The position numbers were made by a program, and so were the translations under genes. This document shows, in pieces, positions 32,127 through 41,585 of a stretch of 64,000 bases of DNA. How positions within the stretch are numbered: the first letter of the stretch is position 1; each line of letters starts with the position of its first letter. This DNA is from a virus, in IMG/VR virus record IMGVR_UViG_3300004481_000068. One strand, given 5' to 3'. The notes under the pieces were generated by a model. The model was not told where the DNA came from and ran no database searches. It worked only from the letters and a program-made list of their open reading frames with translations.

Positions 32127-32776
32127 AGCTTATCCTCTCTAATAGTGGTTAGTTCTTCACGACCCACAGGGTCTATTCCTTTATTTAGGAGATCATGAGC
32201 AGCTTTTACGGCAAAGCAATTATCGCTTGTGTGAATGCCTGAATAAAAAGTTAGAAGTTGTTTAGGATCTACTACATTCCAGCCATCTATCTCTCTTATG
32301 TTAATATCTTTTCGAACAAAGAGATCTATTGTAATACGAAAATTCTCAGGTACAAATTTTTCAAAAGATTTGGGTAAAAGGGATTGTCTTGAGAGATCCC
32401 CTGACATCACAACTTTTTCGTATCTTCTAAAATCATTGTTGTTCGGCAATTTGTCATATTGAGTATGAATTTTTTCGAATCCTCTATTTTTCAAAAGATT
32501 TACTACTGTTGATATATTTTGCGGAAGGACAAAAATATCAGCGTCTTTATGATCGTGTGCGTGCTTTAATTCTTTATGTTTTTTTGGAGACATAAAGTGC
32601 CAAGCCCAACCTCCTGATAAGATTATATACGGTTTTATCGCTTCAAGTTCTTGAAGATAGTAATCTATCTTTAACTGAGGCCACAATTCTCCGTATCTTT
32701 TTGTATTGTGCGGATCAGCCATGTGATTTTTTCCACTTGTTACATTTTTTGCAACAATAATCAGGATGTTTTTCAC
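32123..32776 (-). CDS. Nucleotidyltransferase-fold protein
   Basis: ILSGGWA...HKDADIFV (G-G/S + DxD), later IDLF. Confidence 0.6.
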   Translation of the reverse strand: MKNILIIVAKNVTSGKNHMADPHNTKRYGELWPQLKIDYYLQELEAIKPYIILSGGWAWHFMSPKKHKELKHAHDHKDADIFVLPQNISTVVNLLKNRGFEKIHTQYDKLPNNNDFRRYEKVVMSGDLSRQSLLPKSFEKFVPENFRITIDLFVRKDINIREIDGWNVVDPKQLLTFYSGIHTSDNCFAVKAAHDLLNKGIDPVGREELTTIREDKL

Positions 32777-33176
32777 CCATTAAATCTGTTGTCATCATGC
32801 CTAATGAATTGTATTTGATTTTCATACCACAAACGGTTCTTTCTTTGTCTCGTCGTATATGCATCTTCTTGCCTGTTCTTATGAAGACTGACAATCCGTG
32901 CATGTCTTCTCCTGAAAATCGAATTTTGGATTATTTAAATAACGCCGAGCGCAATTATATTCTTCTTGGTCAAATGTAAAAAGCCATTCAGTTTTATCAG
33001 CATTTAGTGCACCACCAAAATTTTGTGCAAGCCATTTAATATTATCAAGATGATTCGAGAGTCTATTTTGATTAGAGACATCTGACGGCCATGGAATTCT
33101 TATTGTTCTACTATTATCATCACAAATAAAAGTTGGTTGAAAACGTTGTGGGTTATTCATATATCCTCGAGTAGTT

Positions 33177-33977
33177 TTATAATGATTTTGCAAACTTACA
33201 AGTAGGCCAGTGCCAAGATGATTTAGCTGTAGCCATGTCTATTAGCCACCATTTTTTAGTTTTATCCATAGCAAAATCGACTGAAAATGTTCCGTCACAA
33301 ATTTTTGCTGCTTTTATAGCCATAACTTTTAATTTATTTATGTCGATTTCTTTGTGTAAATCTTTTAGCAAAGCTTTCCAATTAACTTTTGGTTCAATAC
33401 CATGGACAGATCTTATAGCTTTTTCAGGCCAGTATGGATGATAACAAATAACTTTGTCTGGGTTGGCAAAAAATCTCCATTCTCTAGCTATTGGTAGTCC
33501 ACCAAAAGCTTTGAATCGATAATCAAGTTCAAGAAACTGTCTAATCATAAACGCTTGCGGCCATATACTGCCGACAAAGAACTTTGCTTCATTATCTTGA
33601 ACAGTTGAATATACAACTCTTTGAATGTTATTTTCTAAATTAACATCTCCTCCAATTAAATATGCACTTTCACCATCATGTTTTGCAGAAGACAAATCTG
33701 TTCTAAAAAAACATGGGTAACCGATTTTAATGCAAGCTTGTTCAATGTCATTAAAAAGCTGCTTGATTTTATACTTTCTTCCGCCTTCTATCATTTCGAC
33801 AAAACGTTTGTGGTCGTACGGAATGATAATAGTTTTAGGTATTGGTAAGCCAGATTTGTTTATTTTAGGCAGCCAAAATAATGAACTATTTTGATTAACA
33901 TCTTTTTGAATCTGCTTTAGTTCTAGAACAAGCGGATGATTAGGATTATTTTTAATAAATTCTGCGATTTTGCCCAT
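33177..33977 (-). CDS. ATP-grasp fold protein
   Basis: YPCFFRTDLSSAKHD, REWRFF, FSVDFA...WWLIDM. Confidence 0.65.
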   Translation of the reverse strand: MGKIAEFIKNNPNHPLVLELKQIQKDVNQNSSLFWLPKINKSGLPIPKTIIIPYDHKRFVEMIEGGRKYKIKQLFNDIEQACIKIGYPCFFRTDLSSAKHDGESAYLIGGDVNLENNIQRVVYSTVQDNEAKFFVGSIWPQAFMIRQFLELDYRFKAFGGLPIAREWRFFANPDKVICYHPYWPEKAIRSVHGIEPKVNWKALLKDLHKEIDINKLKVMAIKAAKICDGTFSVDFAMDKTKKWWLIDMATAKSSWHWPTCKFAKSL

Positions 33978-33991
33978 ATTTGTTTAGTTTA

Positions 33992-34023
33992 AAAAGAAGT
34001 GGGGCCCGATGAAAAACCCCACT
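33992..34023 (-). terminator. Hairpin with U-tract at the divergence point
   Basis: AGTGGGG (33998-34004) / CCCCACT (34017-34023), followed on the minus strand by TCTTTTT. Confidence 0.5.
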
Positions 34024-34150
34024 CCCTTCTCCCTACGTTCACCCTATCATCACAAAATTATAATCATATAAATAGTCACAGATTTGCATACTTATAAAAG
34101 CATAGAGATAATAGTATGTTTATAGAAACTGTAATTAAAAAGGAGTTGTT

Positions 34151-34681
34151 ATGAAACACTTGGCATCAATTCAAATTGAATTTATAAAAGAGGCGCGCAA
34201 GTGGGAAGACATGTCATTAGAAGATCAGCGTGGCTATTTAAAGCGTCATCCTAAGAGTAAAAGACGATTGACAGGGCAGCATGAAAAGTCGCAAGAAAAA
34301 CTACAGGAAAGTAAATCTAAAAAAACTAAAGAAAAAAAAGGAAGAGATCGTAAAGGTACTGCTGAACAACGACTAAAGTTTTTTCGTAAATTGTTAGGGT
34401 CAAGGTTTGAGCAAGGCTATAATGAGCTTCATTATTATAAGAATCACGGTTATATTAACAATCTTAGACATAAAATTCGTGAAAAAATGGACAAGTTAGG
34501 GTTTAAATCTGTAAAATCTGAAAGCACTCCGTCACAGCCTGATAATGTTCGACACGAAGATTCTTATAAAGATAAATATGACAATGTGATTTCATTTAGT
34601 TCGTTTTATGGTGCAACAAAATATGACAACTTTCATAGTATAACTGTTAATGTTCCTGAAGATAAGGCAGAAGCAAAATGA
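34151..34681 (+). CDS. Leader-motif protein
   Basis: MKHLASIQIEFIKEARKWEDMSLEDQRGYLKRHPKSKRRLT; SD AAGGAG. Confidence 0.8.
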   Translation: MKHLASIQIEFIKEARKWEDMSLEDQRGYLKRHPKSKRRLTGQHEKSQEKLQESKSKKTKEKKGRDRKGTAEQRLKFFRKLLGSRFEQGYNELHYYKNHGYINNLRHKIREKMDKLGFKSVKSESTPSQPDNVRHEDSYKDKYDNVISFSSFYGATKYDNFHSITVNVPEDKAEAK

Positions 34682-35184
34682 AACATCTTGCAACTATTCA
34701 AACTGAATTTGTAAAAGAAGCACGCGAGTGGAGCGACTTGTCTTTACAGCAACAAAAAGACTACCTTGCTCGTCATCCCAAATCTAAGAGACGATTAACT
34801 AGTGATAGCAGACGTAAGAAACAAATACGATCGATAAATCGGTCAGATTATAAAAACATATTAAGAGCTGCGTCTACGATACAAGAAAAACTTAAAGAGG
34901 CAGGTTTCCGTAAGCGTAAGATAACTGCTAAGTTTGATAATGTGATTAAAGCAAGGAATGATATTAAAGATTTTTATTCAGGCCCTAGCCTATCTTCGAG
35001 TGATAGTGGCTATCCTTATATTTTGGTAAATTATGGTGATGATTTAAATAATGGGCCGATGATGTCAGCTTTTGGAAGGACACATTTGCGCATGAATGTC
35101 AGCAATTGGGTTGTGTTTGCTGGTTATTTATCGTTAGGTATTAGTGGGATAGGATTACGACCTCAACGATCGGCATGGAAATAA
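34678..35184 (+). CDS. Leader-motif protein
   Basis: MKHLATIQTEFVKEAREWSDLSLQQQKDYLARHPKSKRRLT; ATGA overlap with previous stop. Confidence 0.8.
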   Translation: MKHLATIQTEFVKEAREWSDLSLQQQKDYLARHPKSKRRLTSDSRRKKQIRSINRSDYKNILRAASTIQEKLKEAGFRKRKITAKFDNVIKARNDIKDFYSGPSLSSSDSGYPYILVNYGDDLNNGPMMSAFGRTHLRMNVSNWVVFAGYLSLGISGIGLRPQRSAWK

Positions 35185-35783
35185 TGAAACATTTAGCTAT
35201 TATTCAGTCGGAATTTTTGAAAGAAGCAGACTACAAACGACCTGCTGGCTGGGACACATTATCCTTAGATGCTCAGAAAGAATATCTTAGGCAGCATCCT
35301 AAATCAAAACGGCGTCTGTCAGCATACCCAGAGTCAAAGAAAACTATTGATGATGCGGATGTTAAAAAACTTTTAGATGAATATGGCAGTTTTACTACTC
35401 AAGACGGGGAGATGTATCACTCTTTAGATTCAATTAAATCATTAAAAGAACCTTTATATCTTGAAGGATCTAACGTGCAGGTGACTCACGACGGCCATTC
35501 AATTATTTTAGCTGGGCCGCTTGATCAAGTTCATAGAGCATATCGAAAAGTAAATCCCATAAAGCCCACAGAAAATCCGACTGTTGCAGAATTGCATGCT
35601 GCTAGAGAAAGTGCTGAAGGTACGAAGCAGTCATTGTGGTCCATTTCACGAAAGATGCAACAGGTTGGTCGAAAACCACAATACAAAGCAGAATATAATA
35701 GATTGCGTGCTGGTCTTGATGATCTATTTGATGCATATCCGATACTTAGGCAAGAATATATTAAAGAATTGACAACTGATTAA
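35184..35783 (+). CDS. Leader-motif protein
   Basis: Start moved to 35184 (TAATG overlap): MKHLAIIQSEFLKEADYKRPAGWDTLSLDAQKEYLRQHPKSKRRL. Confidence 0.8.
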   Translation: MKHLAIIQSEFLKEADYKRPAGWDTLSLDAQKEYLRQHPKSKRRLSAYPESKKTIDDADVKKLLDEYGSFTTQDGEMYHSLDSIKSLKEPLYLEGSNVQVTHDGHSIILAGPLDQVHRAYRKVNPIKPTENPTVAELHAARESAEGTKQSLWSISRKMQQVGRKPQYKAEYNRLRAGLDDLFDAYPILRQEYIKELTTD

Positions 35784-35794
35784 GAGAGGTTTAA

Positions 35795-36211
35795 ATGAAA
35801 CATTTAGCGACTATTCAGGCTGGATTTTTGAAAGAAGCTCGAGAATGGAATAAATTATCTTTAGATGAGCAAAGAGCTTATTTAAAGAAACATCCCAAAT
35901 CTAAAAAACGTCTTACTCGGTCAGGCATGCATGTTAGTGAAAACAAGCAAAAGGATGTTTCTGAACAGTCATTAGATGATGTTATTAGCATGATTTGGGA
36001 CGGTGATGTTTCAACTAAAGAAGCTATTACAAATGTCGATTTAACAGCTAAAGATGTTGAGATAATGAAAAATGCTATACATGAAAATATTAAATTTTTT
36101 AAAGATCAAGACGGCGTGCCGTTTCCTGGTGACAATAAACAGTACGACGAATTGATTAAGACAAATAAAGGTATTAAATTATTGCAAAAGCTTATTGACG
36201 CGAACGATTAA
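35795..36211 (+). CDS. Leader-motif protein
   Basis: MKHLATIQAGFLKEAREWNKLSLDEQRAYLKKHPKSKKRLT; SD GAGG. Confidence 0.8.
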   Translation: MKHLATIQAGFLKEAREWNKLSLDEQRAYLKKHPKSKKRLTRSGMHVSENKQKDVSEQSLDDVISMIWDGDVSTKEAITNVDLTAKDVEIMKNAIHENIKFFKDQDGVPFPGDNKQYDELIKTNKGIKLLQKLIDAND

Positions 36212-36246
36212 TTATTTTTTGATAATCGCACATATTTTACAGGAAC

Positions 36247-36271
36247 GACATGGAGGGTCCATGTCATTTTT
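36247..36271 (+). terminator. Probable terminator
   Basis: GACATGGA-GGG-TCCATGTC followed by ATTTTT. Confidence 0.6.
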
Positions 36272-36288
36272 AAACATTAACGGTATAA

Positions 36289-36303
36289 GCACCAAGGAGG
36301 TGC
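36289..36303 (+). promoter_or_regulatory. Hairpin overlapping the Shine-Dalgarno of 36307
   Basis: GCACC-AAGGA-GGTGC; SD AAGGAGG lies in the loop and 3' arm. Confidence 0.4.
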
Positions 36304-36306
36304 CAA

Positions 36307-37023
36307 ATGTTACACGTCAGTCAACCGCTTTATTTTCCCTCTCTTCATCGCTTCGGTGAAACAACATTTAAATCACATTCAGATTCTGAGAATGTCACAG
36401 GTCTATATACTCTTGACTGGGACAAAGTGGACAAGACTAAGAAAGAGTCGTTTATGAAGTGGAAAACTACTCGCACATCTGATGCTAAGTTTCCAGGTAC
36501 ATTACCAGAAGAATACGATAATTGGGTAAAGCAATTAACTTTTGCGATTCCTAGACATTATCTTAAAGAAATAACATCAAATACATATAAAGCTCTGATA
36601 GAGTGGTCAAGTGAATATCCTTTTGACACTAATATTAGAGAAATGTGTTTGGTGCCGGCTATAGGTCATGTTTATGTTGCATTTGATTTGATAGCCGATT
36701 GTCTTTACGACGCTACTACAAATTATTTTTCAAGGGATCCTAAAAAGACAATAACAGCGCAAGTCATGCTTTATAAGTTTTGGTCATTACAAACTGGTCG
36801 CGGGCTTATTCGTGACCATGCTAAATTTGACAAGATAGAATGGCTTGCAAAGGCTGATAGTCGTTTTAGTGATGATTCAACAAAGTTTCAAGTCAGGTCG
36901 TTTTTTAAAGCTATTGATGCTTATGAGAAGGAACTTGATAAAGTATATGCAGTCGTAATAGCAGAATCAGGATCTAAACTTCAAGCTTGTGACGATCCGA
37001 TAACTAAACCTGTAGAAAATTGA
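36307..37023 (+). CDS. Hypothetical protein
   Basis: 238-aa ORF, strong SD, own terminator. Confidence 0.7.
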   Translation: MLHVSQPLYFPSLHRFGETTFKSHSDSENVTGLYTLDWDKVDKTKKESFMKWKTTRTSDAKFPGTLPEEYDNWVKQLTFAIPRHYLKEITSNTYKALIEWSSEYPFDTNIREMCLVPAIGHVYVAFDLIADCLYDATTNYFSRDPKKTITAQVMLYKFWSLQTGRGLIRDHAKFDKIEWLAKADSRFSDDSTKFQVRSFFKAIDAYEKELDKVYAVVIAESGSKLQACDDPITKPVEN

Positions 37024-37033
37024 GTATCTGAAC

Positions 37034-37060
37034 GGGGCTGAATAATTCAGCCCTCTTTTC
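37034..37060 (+). terminator. Rho-independent terminator
   Basis: GGGCTGAAT-A-ATTCAGCCC followed by TCTTTT. Confidence 0.75.
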
Positions 37061-37087
37061 TTTTTAGTTAATAACAGCACTAATACT

Positions 37088-37396
37088 ATGAAACACTTAG
37101 CACAAATACAAAAAGAATTTGTCAAACAGGCAAAGTGGACTGATTTATCTGATTGGGTTCAGCGTCGATATCTTAAAAAACATCCTCATAGTGAAAAACA
37201 TCTAGAACCCAAACGTGCACCTAAAAGACTAATGTATAAAGGTCATCCATTTATTAGCGTTGATACTGTGATTGATGTGTTAAATAGCGTAACTGATAAA
37301 ATGGTTGGTGGTCCAATTACATTACCAACTGAAGAAGAAATGAAGATGGTAGATCCAACTATTTACGGCCGTAATGAGACAGAGTTTTTGAAATAA
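37088..37396 (+). CDS. Leader-motif protein
   Basis: MKHLAQIQKEFVKQAKWTDLSDWVQRRYLKKHPHSEKHL. Confidence 0.8.
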   Translation: MKHLAQIQKEFVKQAKWTDLSDWVQRRYLKKHPHSEKHLEPKRAPKRLMYKGHPFISVDTVIDVLNSVTDKMVGGPITLPTEEEMKMVDPTIYGRNETEFLK

Positions 37397-37457
37397 ATAT
37401 GAAAATGAAAGACGAAGTTAATTTTAAAAACACCGCAAGAGGTTTTGCATTAGCTGA

Positions 37458-37790
37458 TCATTCGCAATTCATGTAGTACTTCAAAAGTCTATTCTCTTCT
37501 TTTGGTGACAGCATTTTTTCGGGCTTACAATTTTTGGGGCATTGCAGAGAATTTATAGTGCCAAAAAGTCTGCACATGAAAGGTCGTTTGTCATATATTG
37601 AACAACCATTCGGTGTAGAAAATTTACAAGTAAGATTGCCTAGTTCTTCAGCTACTACTGGCGTTGTCGGGCCTTCAATACCAATACGGCCGGCTTCAAT
37701 AAAATTTACAGGTGTAGGACCACAGCATTCATTGCAGCCTTGTGCGCAAGTGAATGTAGGAATTTGTTTGTATATTTTATTTAGTCTCAT
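37458..37790 (-). CDS. YkgJ/FliB-like cysteine-cluster protein
   Basis: CAQGCNECCGP...CKF...GCSIYDKRPFMCRLFG. Confidence 0.8.
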   Translation of the reverse strand: MRLNKIYKQIPTFTCAQGCNECCGPTPVNFIEAGRIGIEGPTTPVVAEELGNLTCKFSTPNGCSIYDKRPFMCRLFGTINSLQCPKNCKPEKMLSPKEENRLLKYYMNCE

Positions 37791-38995
37791 ATATGCCCTT
37801 TTGTTAATTGTTCTTGCACTTGTTTAAGTATATCTAAATTTTTTGGTGACCAATATCTAAAATGATCGCAAAAAGTATAACTACATGTACTTATATGTCG
37901 ATTTTGACAACTATCGCAATTAACAATTGACAATGACAATAATTGTGGTATTGAATATCCATCATTACCGCCAGATGTAGGTTCTATATTAGTTACACGT
38001 AAATTAGTAGCAGGGCCTTGTTTATTTAAATTCAAAATAGTTTCAGCTTTAACATTAGTGTGCGCACCGCCATCTATTGATCGAATAGGGACGTCTACTT
38101 CATATCTTTTTGTAGTAATATTTAAATGCAAATCTGTTAGACCTACATTGACAGTAGTTTCAAATTTTATGTCATCATTAGTCCAGACTATTGTATGTTC
38201 TGGTATAAATGTATTCCAATGTTCGCTTAACGTATGAGTGCGACTTGTTAATGCTTCAGGCGACACATCTGTATAGAATGTAATTTTACCAACTGACGGA
38301 ACGCGTTTAAATACAAATCGCACTTTGATTCCGTCATCGATTGGCGACCAGTCACCGATTTCTGCAGATGTTTCGTTACAGTGCGGATTATCGCAAGGAA
38401 TTAAATTTGAATGATATTTGCATGTATTACATTTTGAAGGTGCATCGCCTAATATAAGTTGAAATTTTGTCGTCGTATTTGAATAATAAAATTTTGGCAA
38501 TTCTCTTATTAACGTCCAAATACTTAAAGAATAAATATCATCTGCATTAACGGTTAATGATTCATAAAAGATGAGGAATTCTTTTTTTCTGAAGATGTGA
38601 GGGTCTTCATTGTTTTGAAAATGACGGTGATCTGTAAGTTCAGTAATTTTAATAATACATTTTTTGAAGCGCAGAATTATGTCACAAATTTGTTTTTCGG
38701 AGTGTCCGCAAAATGTGATTTTTTTGCACTCTGCAACTGCTGCATAATCGTCATGATTATTTTTAGGTCGTTCATGCGTCTCACAAAGATGTAATTGAAA
38801 ATCGTGTGTAACTGTATATGCTGCGTCGTGTAGATTAATCGGTACTAATAGTTTGTTTGACGGTTGACTGTTTAGACGTTCGATTATTATATTTGCGAAT
38901 TGACAACTTTTGAGTGATTGTAAAACGTCAGCATATGATGTATAAGGTGATTCGGACTCAAATTCATCCACAATAAAATTGAATTTAGTATTCAT
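37787..38995 (-). CDS. Hypothetical protein with Cys clusters
   Basis: 402-aa ORF; CNTC..C...C and CDSC...C..C. Confidence 0.6.
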   Translation of the reverse strand: MNTKFNFIVDEFESESPYTSYADVLQSLKSCQFANIIIERLNSQPSNKLLVPINLHDAAYTVTHDFQLHLCETHERPKNNHDDYAAVAECKKITFCGHSEKQICDIILRFKKCIIKITELTDHRHFQNNEDPHIFRKKEFLIFYESLTVNADDIYSLSIWTLIRELPKFYYSNTTTKFQLILGDAPSKCNTCKYHSNLIPCDNPHCNETSAEIGDWSPIDDGIKVRFVFKRVPSVGKITFYTDVSPEALTSRTHTLSEHWNTFIPEHTIVWTNDDIKFETTVNVGLTDLHLNITTKRYEVDVPIRSIDGGAHTNVKAETILNLNKQGPATNLRVTNIEPTSGGNDGYSIPQLLSLSIVNCDSCQNRHISTCSYTFCDHFRYWSPKNLDILKQVQEQLTKGHI

Positions 38996-39270
38996 TAGAG
39001 AATAATCAATTATTTTCTCGATGATTTATTTTCTTTAAAATGTGTAGGGAACATAGCTTTAGCAGCATTAATTGGAAATTTAGCACCCCATTCTGATACA
39101 TAAACTTCATCTTCTTTTTGATTACCGCCTACGCATGTGCCGATAAAGGCTTGCATTTCTTTTGTTCGATCTTCTTTACATAAAACGATACAAATAGTAC
39201 TATCTTTATTTGTATAAAAATCAGATGCTAAAATCATCGCATGCTCCTTTTGATTGATGTGGGTTAATTT

Positions 39271-39489
39271 TTATTTTTTAATCCAATAATTGTAAATGCC
39301 CATCGCCCAAGAATAAGCAAACCATAAAGATAAAGCAAAGATGCCCCATTGGTGCGTTTTTAATGAACTATAAATCCAAAAAGGTGTTGAGGCTATACCG
39401 AATATATATCCCCATTTTTTATACTTATCTGTACGTGCAACGAGCCATATACCCAATCCACTTAAAATTGCAATAAAAATTTGATCCAT
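39271..39489 (-). CDS. Small multi-pass membrane protein
   Basis: 72 aa with three hydrophobic segments; KWGYIFG, PFWIY, QWG. Confidence 0.6.
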   Translation of the reverse strand: MDQIFIAILSGLGIWLVARTDKYKKWGYIFGIASTPFWIYSSLKTHQWGIFALSLWFAYSWAMGIYNYWIKK

Positions 39490-39665
39490 TTAATAAGAAG
39501 TCGTTAAAGTGTATTCTCTATTTGTTTGTCGTAATCTGTCGTCGTTGATTATTTTCTTTCCTGAACCCCTGCATGCTTCGCATGGATTATCTTGCGTTAA
39601 AATATATCCCGTCCCATGGCAAAATGAACACCTATCTTTTTTTTGTATTTTTTTTGTTTTCTGAG

Positions 39666-39968
39666 TCATTCCTCAAACCATTCTGAAAACAAAAATGCGA
39701 CACCTGCTTCTTTGTGTTCATGTTTTGGTTGCCATGATGCAAGAATAGCCTGTATTGCTCGCAATGCCTTTTGTTTATCGACATTAGGTTTTGGAATAAG
39801 TTTATCTACTGTAGGTTTGTCTAAGCCTTTGAAAAACCATTGTGATGTAAGATTATTCCATTTAGTATTACCTCGCCAAAATTGTTCTGGAATAGCTTCT
39901 TTTGCTGGAAGATGATCAATGTTGCCAAAAGCTAAATCAACAGCTTTCATGTCAGGAACGGTTATCAT
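39666..39968 (-). CDS. Conserved hypothetical phage protein
   Basis: DLAFG...WFFKGL...SWQPKHEHKEAGVAFL.SEWF. Confidence 0.6.
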   Translation of the reverse strand: MITVPDMKAVDLAFGNIDHLPAKEAIPEQFWRGNTKWNNLTSQWFFKGLDKPTVDKLIPKPNVDKQKALRAIQAILASWQPKHEHKEAGVAFLFSEWFEE

Positions 39969-40927
39969 TTTTTATCCTTTAGTTGTGCTTAGAATGAACG
40001 ACTGTTTAGTTAAGAGCATTGATTTAGGTTTATGTAATTGTTTTCTTTTGATAATATTATGTGAGCGCTGAGTTTTAAGTAGTGGACACCATTTTGGCGT
40101 TGAACACTCTTTTTTAAGATTGTACGGTCTGCATGCAACAGTGATCGTTTTATCATTTATAGTACATATAACTTTACAGTCGTCATCGCAAAACCAATCA
40201 TTAGGATCGGGGTCGGCAAAGACGGCGTGATTAGCACAATCTATACAATTTTTGATTTTTATTAAGACAGTAGGCATTTATAACTTAATCATGAAAAATA
40301 TCGATGAAGATCCGGAGAGTTATTGATGTGAGTTAGATTTGAATGACAAACATACAGGTTTTATTTCATTGCAGCCAAGTATACAAATTTCGTGAATGAG
40401 GCCGTCGTTAATAGTTTTATAGTGTTCACATGCTGAGCATCTATTAGTACATTCATTTAGACGGTCAAGAAAGTCAAGTTTTGTATCTTCAAATTGTTTA
40501 CAATTCATTGGTTGCTTTTTATAGATTTCGCAATCTTCATCAGTAGACATACCATTTTTTTTATGCTTTAATACGAATTTTAAACATCGTCTGCATCTAT
40601 CATGCAATTCTTCAATATGTTCTTTTTCCAGACAATATGTCATATATACTATTTGACCCTTGGCTGAATTGAGATATGCTTCACCGTCTATACCAATATT
40701 TTTTAATTGTTGCAAAGATTCAGAATGACGCCGTTTAACACTAGTAAGTATGTCATCGGGAATCTCTGTTCTGTCTTTACCGAGCAGATTATCTGTTTTA
40801 ATTGATTCTTGCAGTTGTAAATATTTTTCGAGGATATGAGTGGTTCTAAAAAGTTGTAGTAATAATCTTTGGATTAATTTCTTATTCATGTTACTATAAT
40901 CATGTGTCAAAACAATATGTAGACAGG

Positions 40928-41452
40928 CTACTGTTTTTTAAAGAATGTAAGCATTTTATTTTTACCTTTAAATACTGCCAGCGCAGCTATTAAAGCTGCT
41001 AAAGCTTCTAAAATCTTAGCAATGCCGTCAAGATTTTTCCCATGGCTAGTCGATTGTTCTTGTAGATTATTCAATATGACTCTTACTTGTTCCATTGAAG
41101 TGTCATACTTTGTAAGCTTACTATTTATTTCTGCTTTGTCATTATCATATTCATGAAATCGAATACATTCATTAGTGGAACGTTCTGTCGGCTGGATAGT
41201 TGGAGTCATGGGTAAACGAGGAAGAGCACGCAATTGTATTTTAGGCATTTCTTGTTGCTGTTTAAATAAAAAGCCCGGCGATTTTAATTCTACTTTTGCT
41301 TTGTTGCTTATAACTACAAGAGAGTCAAGACTTTGGCTTATTGATAATGAAGATAATAATAAGATAAATAAAGTAAACTGCGCGATTTTCATATAAATCC
41401 TTTTGTTAAATGAAGAAACTAATGTAGTATTGATGAGAGAACAATTAATCAA
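40928..41452 (-). CDS. Secreted/membrane protein with coiled coil and C-terminal hydrophobic helix
   Basis: Signal-like MKIAQFTLFILLLSSLSISQS (likely true start); C-terminal ILEALAALIAALAVFKGK. Confidence 0.5.
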   Translation of the reverse strand: MINCSLINTTLVSSFNKRIYMKIAQFTLFILLLSSLSISQSLDSLVVISNKAKVELKSPGFLFKQQQEMPKIQLRALPRLPMTPTIQPTERSTNECIRFHEYDNDKAEINSKLTKYDTSMEQVRVILNNLQEQSTSHGKNLDGIAKILEALAALIAALAVFKGKNKMLTFFKKQ

Positions 41453-41585
41453 ATAGTTGTTATTTATAAATGAATAATTAAATAATTCTGTCTACATTAT
41501 TGTTTTATACAAATATAGTCGATGTGTTTAAGTGATTTGATAACAGCATAATATAAAAGGTTTTCCAAATGCAAAATTATCAAAT

